Assembly (NCBI GenBank): GCA_040770625.1
Contig: JAXGIW010000001.1
Location: 435,263-499,262 of the forward strand
Reading direction: 5' to 3'
Length of the DNA stretch: 64,000 nucleotides
Source of the DNA: Thermovirgaceae bacterium
Lineage (GTDB): Bacteria; Synergistota; Synergistia; Synergistales; Thermovirgaceae
Shown: piece after piece, positions 9,436-17,241 of the stretch
How positions within the stretch are numbered: the first letter of the stretch is position 1
Layout of the letters: the number at the start of each line of letters is the position of its first letter
Position numbers and translations under genes: made by a program
Notes under the pieces: model-generated
Database searches by the model: none
The model's input: the letters and a program-made list of their open reading frames with translations, nothing else
Told to the model about the DNA's origin: nothing

Positions 9436-9658
9436 GATGGTATCACTCCCTTCTTAATATCTCTTATATAGGAAATAAAGAAGTAGGTCTAGTAGTAAGG
9501 GTGTGATTCATGTGGAGAACCTGAAAAACTCCATTGGCTCCTGTCTTTTCCCTGTGCATTCTTTACCCTGGATCTGTGGAGGCACCTCCACAAGAGCCAC
9601 CCCTGATACGACAGGAAGGGAAGATCTGTGGAAAGAAATCACCAGGAACACATCAGGA
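9436..9658. other. candidate oriC segment (DUE plus DnaA boxes) between dnaA and dnaN
   Basis: AT-rich stretch about 9450-9500. DnaA-box-like TGTGGAGAA (9511-9519), TGTGGAGGC (9575-9583), ACCTCCACA (9584-9592), TGTGGAAAG (9627-9635). GATCTGTGGA occurs twice. Confidence 0.55.
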
Positions 9659-10987
9659 TCACAACTTTTCCCTGAGGTTTTCCACAATGCTCTTTATCCT
9701 TGAATCTTTTCTCAGCGACTCCTCTATCTTCTTGCAGGCATGGATCACAGTTGTGTGATCCTTCCTGTTAAAGGCGTAGCCTATCTGCTGAAGGGTGGTC
9801 CCCGTCATGTCACGGCTGAGGTACATAGCCACCTGTCTTGCAAGGGCTATCTCCGATGTCCTCTTGTTGCCGGAGAGTGAGGAGACCGGGATGCCGAAGG
9901 ATTCTGCGGTGACCTGCTGGATCAGCTCTATGGTTATCTGCCCCCTCGATGATCTCCTGATCAGGTCCTTGAGCCATCGTGAGGCGTTATCGACAGTAAC
10001 GGACTCGTTGTTCAGGTCGGCAAAGAACATTACGCTGTTCAGGGAGCCTTCAAGTTCCCTTATATTGCTCGGTATGTTCTGGGCCAGGAAATCTATCACG
10101 TCGTCAGGAACGAAGTAATTTTTGAGTGCAGCCTTCTTCTTGAGGATAGCGATACGCGTTTCAAGGTCGGGGGGCTGGATGTCGGTGACGAGACCCCACT
10201 CAAAACGGCTGACCAGTCGCTCCTCTATGTTGTGGATGTCCTTGGGGGGTTTGTCTGAGGTGAGTACTATCTGCTTCTTGGCATCGTGGAGGCTGTTGAA
10301 GGTGTGGAAGAATTCCTCCTGGGTGCTCTCCTTGTTGGCAAGGAAGTGGATGTCGTCGATCAGGAGCACATCGACGCTCCGGTATTTCAGTTTGAACTCG
10401 TGGGTCTTGTTGTTCTGTATGGACATGATGAATTCGTTTATGAACTTTTCGGAGCTAATGTAGGCGATCTTCGTTCCCTCATTGTGTCTGGTGACGAAGT
10501 TCCCTATGGCGTGAAGGAGGTGGGTCTTGCCCAGTCCGACACCCCCCCAGAAGAAGAGGGGGTTGTAGGCCACGCCAGGGGACTCGGCAACTGCAAGGCT
10601 GGCGGCGTGGGCCAGCCTGTTTGACTTTCCCACCACGAAGGAGTCGAACTGGTAGTCCGGGTTGAGGCCGTTCTTCGGTCTCTCCGATTCCCTGGAGATG
10701 CGCTCGGCCCTCTTGATCTCCTCCTTCTTTGCTCCTCCCACCTCCAGCACGATCCTGTCCGCCAGCCCCTTCTGGGAGGTCAGGGCGGTGAGTTTTTCGA
10801 TGAATCGTGACTGGATCTGTTCCCGCACGAATACGTTGGGGACGTCCAGAGTAAGGACCTGGTCCACAAGGGAGACGGGAAGACAGGTCTTGAGCCAGAT
10901 ATCTGCGGCGCCCTTAGGCAGGTTATCCTCGGCTATCTCAAGGATCTTTCTCCAAACCTGCGCGGTGTTATCTTCCAAGAGGTTCAC
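9659..10987 (-). CDS. dnaA: chromosomal replication initiator DnaA
   Basis: Walker A GGVGLGKTHL, box VII and C-terminal HTH (DHTTVIHA). GTG start. Confidence 0.97.
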   Translation of the reverse strand: MNLLEDNTAQVWRKILEIAEDNLPKGAADIWLKTCLPVSLVDQVLTLDVPNVFVREQIQSRFIEKLTALTSQKGLADRIVLEVGGAKKEEIKRAERISRESERPKNGLNPDYQFDSFVVGKSNRLAHAASLAVAESPGVAYNPLFFWGGVGLGKTHLLHAIGNFVTRHNEGTKIAYISSEKFINEFIMSIQNNKTHEFKLKYRSVDVLLIDDIHFLANKESTQEEFFHTFNSLHDAKKQIVLTSDKPPKDIHNIEERLVSRFEWGLVTDIQPPDLETRIAILKKKAALKNYFVPDDVIDFLAQNIPSNIRELEGSLNSVMFFADLNNESVTVDNASRWLKDLIRRSSRGQITIELIQQVTAESFGIPVSSLSGNKRTSEIALARQVAMYLSRDMTGTTLQQIGYAFNRKDHTTVIHACKKIEESLRKDSRIKSIVENLREKL

Positions 10988-11030
10988 CTCGCGACCATTT
11001 TAGATGGGGGTGAGACCAATGTTACCATAT

Positions 11031-11062
11031 TTGAATCCACAAATTTTATCCACATTTCCACA
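11031..11062 (+). promoter_or_regulatory. three head-to-tail DnaA boxes upstream of dnaA
   Basis: GAATCCACA (11033-11041), perfect TTATCCACA (11046-11054), ATTTCCACA (11054-11062). Confidence 0.7.
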
Positions 11063-11294
11063 TTCTGTTAATTTTGGAGAGAAAGGTCCGAAAACCCCCA
11101 AGGACAAGGGAGATTTTCGATATGAATGGAAATAGGGTCCAATTTGACCAACCGTAACAAACCCCGTTCCTTAGGGAAAAAAGTTATTCGCATTCCTGTT
11201 CACATCGGACGTGGATTTCTGGCCTATAATGTCGATAGTCTATCCATGCCAGCCCGAAAAAAGTCCTTTCAATGGGCAGAAGGGAGGTCCTGTA

Positions 11295-12305
11295 ATGAGC
11301 CGTGCCGGTCTTCACATTATCAGTCACACCGATCTTGACGGTGTAACCGCCGCAGCCGTGGCCTGGACTTACGGCCGCCCCTTGAGCGGTCCTCTGAGGG
11401 TGAGCCTGACCGGTTACGGGGAGGTGGACCTCCTGGTCCTGGATTCCCTCTCGAGGGGCGAGCCTCTGGTCGTGCTCGATCTCTTTTGCCAGAGGGTCCA
11501 GACGGTGGATGAGATAGACCGCTCTTTTTCCCACGGCGATCCCCCCTTCTTCTTCGACCACCATCAGAGCACCTTCGAACGTTACGGGAGCAGACCCTGG
11601 GTTTTTGTAGACCGGGAGAGCTGTGCCGCCATGGTCTACTACCGATGGCTGATGGATAACGCCGCAAGGGAGGATCGACCCCGGTTGGTCCCACTGGAGG
11701 GGATAGTGGAGGTCGCCAACGATCGCGATCTATGGCTCAACAGGATCCCGGAGAGCAGGCTCTGGCAGGCCCTGGTAACTCTGTGCGGTCCCTGGGCCGT
11801 TCTGGCCCGGCTGATCGAGGACCCCTCACCGGAGCTTAGCCCGGAGGAGAGGTCCTTCTCTTCCGCCTTCGTGGAGGAGCAGGAGAAGAGGTTCAGACTT
11901 GCCCTGGAAAAGGCGTTACGATCCGGGGAGGACCTGCTCTTTGTCGGCCCCGGTGCTCTCGAGTTCGGTGATGTGTCAGATTTCTGCGGTCTCGTCCTCG
12001 ACCGGATGGAGTCTCCCCCCAGGCTTGCGGCAGTCCTCAGCAGACGTCCTGCAGGAGACTGGAACGTCTCTATGAGGAGCAGGGAGGGCTTTGCCGGGAG
12101 AGTGACTGGGCTTCTCAGGGATGGAAAGAAGGTTCGGGGGGGAGGGCACGACGACTCGGCGGCCCTCTACTTTCCCCATCATTACAGGCCTGAAGAGATA
12201 CGGGATTCGCTGGTCTCGGCCGTCAGGTCGGCCATCGAGTCCGACGCCCCCTCGGGTCTGTCGCTGGGAGATCTGCTTAAACAGGCATTGGAGGGAAAAG
12301 AGTAA
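11295..12305 (+). CDS. DHH/DHHA1 family phosphoesterase
   Basis: HTDLDG, FFFDHHQS (DHH) and GGGHDDSAA (DHHA1 GGGH) motifs. ATG at 11295 has GGGAGG 8 nt upstream. Confidence 0.75.
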   Translation: MSRAGLHIISHTDLDGVTAAAVAWTYGRPLSGPLRVSLTGYGEVDLLVLDSLSRGEPLVVLDLFCQRVQTVDEIDRSFSHGDPPFFFDHHQSTFERYGSRPWVFVDRESCAAMVYYRWLMDNAAREDRPRLVPLEGIVEVANDRDLWLNRIPESRLWQALVTLCGPWAVLARLIEDPSPELSPEERSFSSAFVEEQEKRFRLALEKALRSGEDLLFVGPGALEFGDVSDFCGLVLDRMESPPRLAAVLSRRPAGDWNVSMRSREGFAGRVTGLLRDGKKVRGGGHDDSAALYFPHHYRPEEIRDSLVSAVRSAIESDAPSGLSLGDLLKQALEGKE

Positions 12306-12317
12306 CCGGGTCGGGAG

Positions 12318-13442
12318 GTGAGCGGGTTGTCCTTTCGGGTGGCCATTCTCTACGCGTCGGTCGGAACCGGTCACAGGACCGCGGCCATGGCCCTGGAGAA
12401 ATGGTTCCAACAGGAGATCCCTGATCCGCAGGTACTGTGTCTGGACACCCTCTCCTTTTCGCTTCCAATAGTGAGAGGAGTCTATACAAGGTCCTATCTG
12501 GAGATGGTGAGGCATATGCCCCATCTCTGGGGCTACTTCTACGAGACTACCGACAATCCCGAAACGAGGAACGGAGTAATTGCGACCCTGGGGGAGCTCA
12601 CTGAAAAACTGAATATCCTGAAGCTGAAAAAGACACTTCTCTCCTTTTCTCCCGACGCGATCGTCTTCACTCACTTCTTCGGGGCCGCCGCCATAGCAGA
12701 GTCCTTCGCCCCCGACATCCCCGTATGCTACGTTAACACCGATTTCCTGAGCCACGTCTTCCATCGCAATCCGGCCTTCTCCGCCTGGTTCGTATCCAGC
12801 GAGGAAACCCTCAACCAGTATCTTGCCGACGGTCTGTCGCTGGAAAGGGTCTTCCTGACGGGCATCCCCGTCGATCCTGCCTACGCGTCTCCACCGGGCA
12901 GGGAAGAGGCCCGTGAACGTCTGGGCCTTGATATGGACGAAAGGATCGCCCTCGTGATGGGTGGAGGTATAGGGGTCGGTCCCATAGAAGAAGTGGTGCT
13001 TTCCCTCCACGAAGGAGGTTTCGCGACAGAAGTAATCTGCGGTATCAACGAAAAGGTCCGGGGTGTCCTGCTGGAAAGGTTTGCCGACCGACCGGGAGTG
13101 AGGGTCCACGGCTTCGTGGACAATATGCCCTGCCGCTACGCATCGGCGGACATCATCTTCATGAAGCCCGGAGGGCTTTCCACCTCGGAGGCTCTCTGTT
13201 CAGGTACACCCATTGTTGTCACCGACCCGATACCGGGGCAGGAACAGCGCAACAGCGACTATCTGCTTGACCGTGGGGCAGCAAGGGCCCTCTTCGATTA
13301 CAGGCTTGCCGCAGAGAAGGCCCATAGCCTGCTGTCGACGAAAGAAGAGAAGGCCCGCGTTCTGCGGGCCGCAAAAAGGATCGCCCGACCCATGGCCGGG
13401 AGGGAGATCGTCAGAAAGGTGAAGGAGATAAAAGATCAGTAA
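12318..13442 (+). CDS. MGDG-synthase-like (GT28 family) glycolipid glycosyltransferase
   Basis: N-terminal ILYASVGTGHRTAA and C-terminal KPGGLSTSEAL..G.P resemble diacylglycerol glycosyltransferases. Confidence 0.65.
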   Translation: MSGLSFRVAILYASVGTGHRTAAMALEKWFQQEIPDPQVLCLDTLSFSLPIVRGVYTRSYLEMVRHMPHLWGYFYETTDNPETRNGVIATLGELTEKLNILKLKKTLLSFSPDAIVFTHFFGAAAIAESFAPDIPVCYVNTDFLSHVFHRNPAFSAWFVSSEETLNQYLADGLSLERVFLTGIPVDPAYASPPGREEARERLGLDMDERIALVMGGGIGVGPIEEVVLSLHEGGFATEVICGINEKVRGVLLERFADRPGVRVHGFVDNMPCRYASADIIFMKPGGLSTSEALCSGTPIVVTDPIPGQEQRNSDYLLDRGAARALFDYRLAAEKAHSLLSTKEEKARVLRAAKRIARPMAGREIVRKVKEIKDQ

Positions 13443-13462
13443 AAGACAATGCTTCTACCCTC

Positions 13463-14791
13463 TTATTTTGATAACTTTTTCACCGCCTCCCGTATCTCGG
13501 TAACACCTTTGTCCAGTTCCCCGGAAAGTGTCTTGAGGGTCGAATCCAGGGAGACGTCGGCTGGCCAGCCAGCGGTCTCAAGGATCTCGACGGGGTCAAG
13601 CCCCCAGACGGCGGATATCTCGCGGATCGTCATGCTGGCCTTGATCTCGTCCGGATTCGACGGTGCCGTCGGAGACGGAATCTGTGTCCTCTCGAGGATC
13701 CTCTCAAGAAGCGCCTCGTCGTCGTCGATGCCCGCGATATTCTTCAGTGGAACGTCCGTGGGGAAGTCTTCTGGCAGGTCTACGGCGCCGATGATCTCCT
13801 GTACGGGGACCTTCAGGGTCTCCGAGACGTCCTCAAGGGTCATCCATCCGTAGAGGTTAGGTGCGGCCAGGCCTCCCGAAGCACCTGAAGAGGCGGCATA
13901 GGTCTGCCACCACCCCATCCCCCTGGCCAGTCCGTACCCTCCGAAAAAGAGAGAGATCGAAAGGATCCCCAGGACCAGAACGGATATCTTGCGGGAGGAT
14001 GTGCCGAAGAAAAGGGCCTTCTCTCTGGGGCAGGACTCCACGCAACGTCCGCAGGCAATGCACTCTGCGCTCCTCTCGACATCCTTCTTCTCGGGATCGA
14101 GCCTTACGGGGCAGGCAGGGCCGCAGCGATGACAGTGGATGCAATCATCTTCGCTCCTTCTGATCTTGAAGATGCTGATCTTCTGGAGAGGGGCCAGAAA
14201 GGCCCCCAGAGGACAGAGGTAGCGGCACCAGAAACGCTCGATGAAAAGCGACAGCCCAATGACCAGGACGAAGAGCGAAAAGTAGGACCAGGGTGATTCC
14301 ACGAACTCCTCCCAGCCGGCTGACAGGTGCATCCAGGCTACCCAGGGGTCGAAGCCCCTCCAGACAAGTGTCCCGGCTTTCCACGTTGCGAAAATAATTA
14401 CTAACAGAACGAGGTACTTGAGCCAGCGGAGGACTCCGTCGACCTTCGGGGGCAGCTCCCGCTTCTTTATACCCAGGCGGGATCCCAGCCGGGAGGTCCA
14501 CTCCCCCAGGGTTCCCAGGGGGCAGATCCATCCGCAGAAGATCCTTCCGAACAACAGGGTCATGACGACCAGGACCACGAGGAGCACCATGGCGCTTGGC
14601 GCAAGCCTCCTGAGCCATGTTCCCGAAGCGAGAATGCTGTATAGGCCCTCCAGACCGCCGAATGGGCAGAGGGCATCAACGGTGGGTACTCCCGACGGGC
14701 CTCCTCCCAGCACCTGGTGCCTGTAGCCGAGCCAGGTCATGAAACCCAGAAAACCGAACTGTACCGAGGCGCGGAGCCATGAGGATCTCAT
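13463..14791 (-). CDS. NapH/MauN-like membrane 4Fe-4S protein with C-terminal soluble extension
   Basis: CxxCP-type membrane motifs FCGWICPLG and FWCRYLCPLG. Two ferredoxin motifs CIHCHRCGPACP and CIACGRCVESCP. About 150 aa extra after a further TM helix. Confidence 0.75.
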   Translation of the reverse strand: MRSSWLRASVQFGFLGFMTWLGYRHQVLGGGPSGVPTVDALCPFGGLEGLYSILASGTWLRRLAPSAMVLLVVLVVMTLLFGRIFCGWICPLGTLGEWTSRLGSRLGIKKRELPPKVDGVLRWLKYLVLLVIIFATWKAGTLVWRGFDPWVAWMHLSAGWEEFVESPWSYFSLFVLVIGLSLFIERFWCRYLCPLGAFLAPLQKISIFKIRRSEDDCIHCHRCGPACPVRLDPEKKDVERSAECIACGRCVESCPREKALFFGTSSRKISVLVLGILSISLFFGGYGLARGMGWWQTYAASSGASGGLAAPNLYGWMTLEDVSETLKVPVQEIIGAVDLPEDFPTDVPLKNIAGIDDDEALLERILERTQIPSPTAPSNPDEIKASMTIREISAVWGLDPVEILETAGWPADVSLDSTLKTLSGELDKGVTEIREAVKKLSK

Positions 14792-14937
14792 CCTGCTGCA
14801 CACCTTCTTTCCCCCCATTCAGGTGGAACCGGGGGCAATATGTACAATAATACTCCTGTCAGGTATCCTCTGTATCGGTGGTTCTCCCGATGTTGCATTT
14901 TCCGTGGGGGACCTGCCGAAAGAAGGAGGGTGAGCGT

Positions 14938-16113
14938 TTGTCCATCTACCTGAACAACGGCGCTACCACATGGCCCAAGCCGCCATGTGTAGCTGAGGCT
15001 GTCAGCGCCTTCATCCTCGGGAGTGGGGCGAACCTGGCAAGGGGTTCTTCGTCGGGGCGGGATATTGAGACCCTTGACATGGTCACTTCGACTCGACAGC
15101 AGGTCGCCTGTTTTTTCAGGGGTTACCGAAAAAACGACCCCCGATATGTAACCTTTACAGGGAACGTCACCGAATCGCTGAACGTTGTCCTTAAAGGGTA
15201 CCTTCGACCAGGGATGCACGCCTTGACAACCAGCATGGAGCATAACTCGGTGATACGACCTCTGCGGCGCCTTGAGGGCCAGGGTGCGAAGGTCTCGATC
15301 CTTGAGTGCGACAACAGGGGCTTTTTGAGCCCTGAAGTGCTCCATTCGTTCCTGAAAAGAGAAAGGGTCGACCTGTTTGTGCTCTCCCATGCGAGCAACG
15401 TATGCGGCTCCATACAGCCCCTGGAGGACCTGGCGGCGATATGCGCCGGGGCTGGCGTCCCTTGCGTTCTGGATTCGGCCCAGACGGCAGGAGTGACAGA
15501 AATAGATGTGGAGGGACTCGGGCTTGCAGCCTGCTGCTTTACCGGGCACAAGGGTCTGATGGGACCCCAGGGTATCGGCGGTATCGTCTGGGAGCCCGGA
15601 TTTGCCGGAAGGGTCCTGCCCTTTGTCGAAGGTGGGACGGGGAGTTTCTCCGACGACGAGCATCAGCCCGAAAAACTCCCCGACCGGTTCGAGGCCGGGA
15701 CTCCCAATCTTCCTGGTATCGCAGGGCTTTCCGCCTCCCTGGGATGGATTGCTGAAACAGGTGTTTCGGCAATTTTTGAAAGGGAGAAAGAGCTCGGCAT
15801 GAGGTTCCTTGAAGGGATCCGGAAAGCGCCGGGGATCAGGATCTTCGGTTCGGAGAACGAGAGGAGCAGGCTTGCCGTTTTTGCGGTGAATCTCAGCAGT
15901 ATGGACAACGGGACGGCCGCCTTTGAACTCTCTGAAAGATGGGGGATCGAGACCAGGCCGGGCCTTCACTGCTCCCCTCTTGGACACAGGACGCTTGGTA
16001 CTTTCCCATCCGGGGCACTTCGCATAAGTATAGGGTTCTTCAACACCGAACAGGAGATAGAGGTAGCCATTGAGGCCCTTTGCACCCTTGCAGCTGAAAA
16101 TGCGCCCCTTTGA
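14938..16113 (+). CDS. class V aminotransferase / cysteine desulfurase family protein
   Basis: IYLNNGATTWP, SHASNVCG and FTGHKGLMGPQG (PLP lysine) motifs. TTG at 14938 has GGAGGG 7 nt upstream. Confidence 0.8.
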   Translation: MSIYLNNGATTWPKPPCVAEAVSAFILGSGANLARGSSSGRDIETLDMVTSTRQQVACFFRGYRKNDPRYVTFTGNVTESLNVVLKGYLRPGMHALTTSMEHNSVIRPLRRLEGQGAKVSILECDNRGFLSPEVLHSFLKRERVDLFVLSHASNVCGSIQPLEDLAAICAGAGVPCVLDSAQTAGVTEIDVEGLGLAACCFTGHKGLMGPQGIGGIVWEPGFAGRVLPFVEGGTGSFSDDEHQPEKLPDRFEAGTPNLPGIAGLSASLGWIAETGVSAIFEREKELGMRFLEGIRKAPGIRIFGSENERSRLAVFAVNLSSMDNGTAAFELSERWGIETRPGLHCSPLGHRTLGTFPSGALRISIGFFNTEQEIEVAIEALCTLAAENAPL

Positions 16114-16184
16114 ACCGTCAGGGTTTCAAAAAAAAGTCGGGCTCGTGTATCATCAAGAGGAGAAAATTTCCGGAGGTGTTGTCA

Positions 16185-17162
16185 ATGCAGCTTGATCCCC
16201 AGATCTCCGACGTCCTTCTTGCCGCCCGTTTCCTGAGGGGCAAGGTGCGTCATACCCCCACGGAAAGGTCGGATAGCCTTAGCAGCCTTTCCGGCGCAGA
16301 AGTTTTCCTCAAGTGGGAAAATCAGCAGATATGCAGTTCCTTCAAGGTTCGTGGGGCGCTTAACAAGATGTACAGCCTTTCAGAGGAAGAGAGGGCGAAG
16401 GGGGTTGTGACGGCATCCAGCGGCAATCATGCCCAGGGTGTCGCCATGGCGGCAAGATCCCTTTCCGCCAGGGCGGCGATATGTGTTCCCGGCGTCTGCC
16501 CCCAGACAAAACGCGACGCGATAATGAGGCTTGGCGGAGATTTTGTCGAACTGAGGGTGATCGGTCATCTCTACGATGATGCTGAGGATGAGGCCCACAG
16601 GCTTCAGAAGGAAGAAGGGATGACCTACGTCTCTTCCTACGAGGATCACTTTATAATCAGCGGTGCCGGGACACTTGGCCTTGAGATGATCATGGACGAA
16701 CCCTATCTCGACACGGTCATAGTCCCTGCAGGGGGCGGGGGGCTGATAAACGGCGTAGCCATAGCGGTAAAGGCCTTAAGCCCCGAGACGGAGATCTGGG
16801 GGGTCCAGTCTGTGGCATCGAACCCCTACGTGGTCTCCTGGCCCGGGGGCAAGGTGCTTGATGTATCCTACGAGGATTCCCTCGCTGACGGACTGACCGG
16901 GTGGATACCCCAAAGCCTTCTTGACCTTTCCCGGAAGAGAGTTACCAACTTTGTGGACGTCCTGGAGTCCGATATCGCAAAGGCCATAGCCTTCCTCCAC
17001 TCCCGTCACCACCAGGTGGTCGAGGGGGCTGGGGCTGTCGGCGTGGCAGCCGTAATGGCCGGCAAGGTCCCGGTGAAGGGAAAGCGGGTAGGTATTGTTA
17101 TATCCGGCGGGAATATCGATCAGCCTCGCCTGTTGGAGATCCTCCGGGAATACTCCGACTGA
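16185..17162 (+). CDS. threonine ammonia-lyase / serine-threonine dehydratase family (PLP)
   Basis: PLP-lysine motif SFKVRGA and glycine loop GGGGLI. ATG at 16185 is preceded by GGAGG. Confidence 0.8.
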   Translation: MQLDPQISDVLLAARFLRGKVRHTPTERSDSLSSLSGAEVFLKWENQQICSSFKVRGALNKMYSLSEEERAKGVVTASSGNHAQGVAMAARSLSARAAICVPGVCPQTKRDAIMRLGGDFVELRVIGHLYDDAEDEAHRLQKEEGMTYVSSYEDHFIISGAGTLGLEMIMDEPYLDTVIVPAGGGGLINGVAIAVKALSPETEIWGVQSVASNPYVVSWPGGKVLDVSYEDSLADGLTGWIPQSLLDLSRKRVTNFVDVLESDIAKAIAFLHSRHHQVVEGAGAVGVAAVMAGKVPVKGKRVGIVISGGNIDQPRLLEILREYSD

Positions 17163-17172
17163 AACCCTGTAT

Positions 17173-17188
17173 GTTTCACGTGAAACAG
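17173..17188. promoter_or_regulatory. parS centromere site (perfect palindrome TGTTTCACGTGAAACA)
   Basis: 16/16 match to the canonical parS consensus TGTTNCACGTGAAACA. Its right half forms part of the adjacent terminator stem. Confidence 0.85.
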
Positions 17189-17219
17189 GGGCCGCCCATC
17201 CAGGCGGCCCCTGTTTTTC
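17184..17219. terminator. bidirectional intrinsic terminator between convergent genes
   Basis: AAACAGGGGCCGCC - 6-nt loop - GGCGGCCCCTGTTT followed by a T run. Lies between the dehydratase (+) and the TamB-like gene (-). Confidence 0.8.
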
Positions 17220-17241
17220 ATTGCTGGCCAGTGCGCTGTCG

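Noticed and set aside
11976-13109. 377-aa minus-strand ORF, and similar long antisense ORFs at 14788-15987, 25832-26635, 26705-27580, 33694-34731, 53433-54149, 56116-56874 and 63199-63933
   Set aside because: All overlap well-supported genes on the opposite strand and have Arg/Pro/Gly-rich, motif-free translations. They are treated as non-coding.
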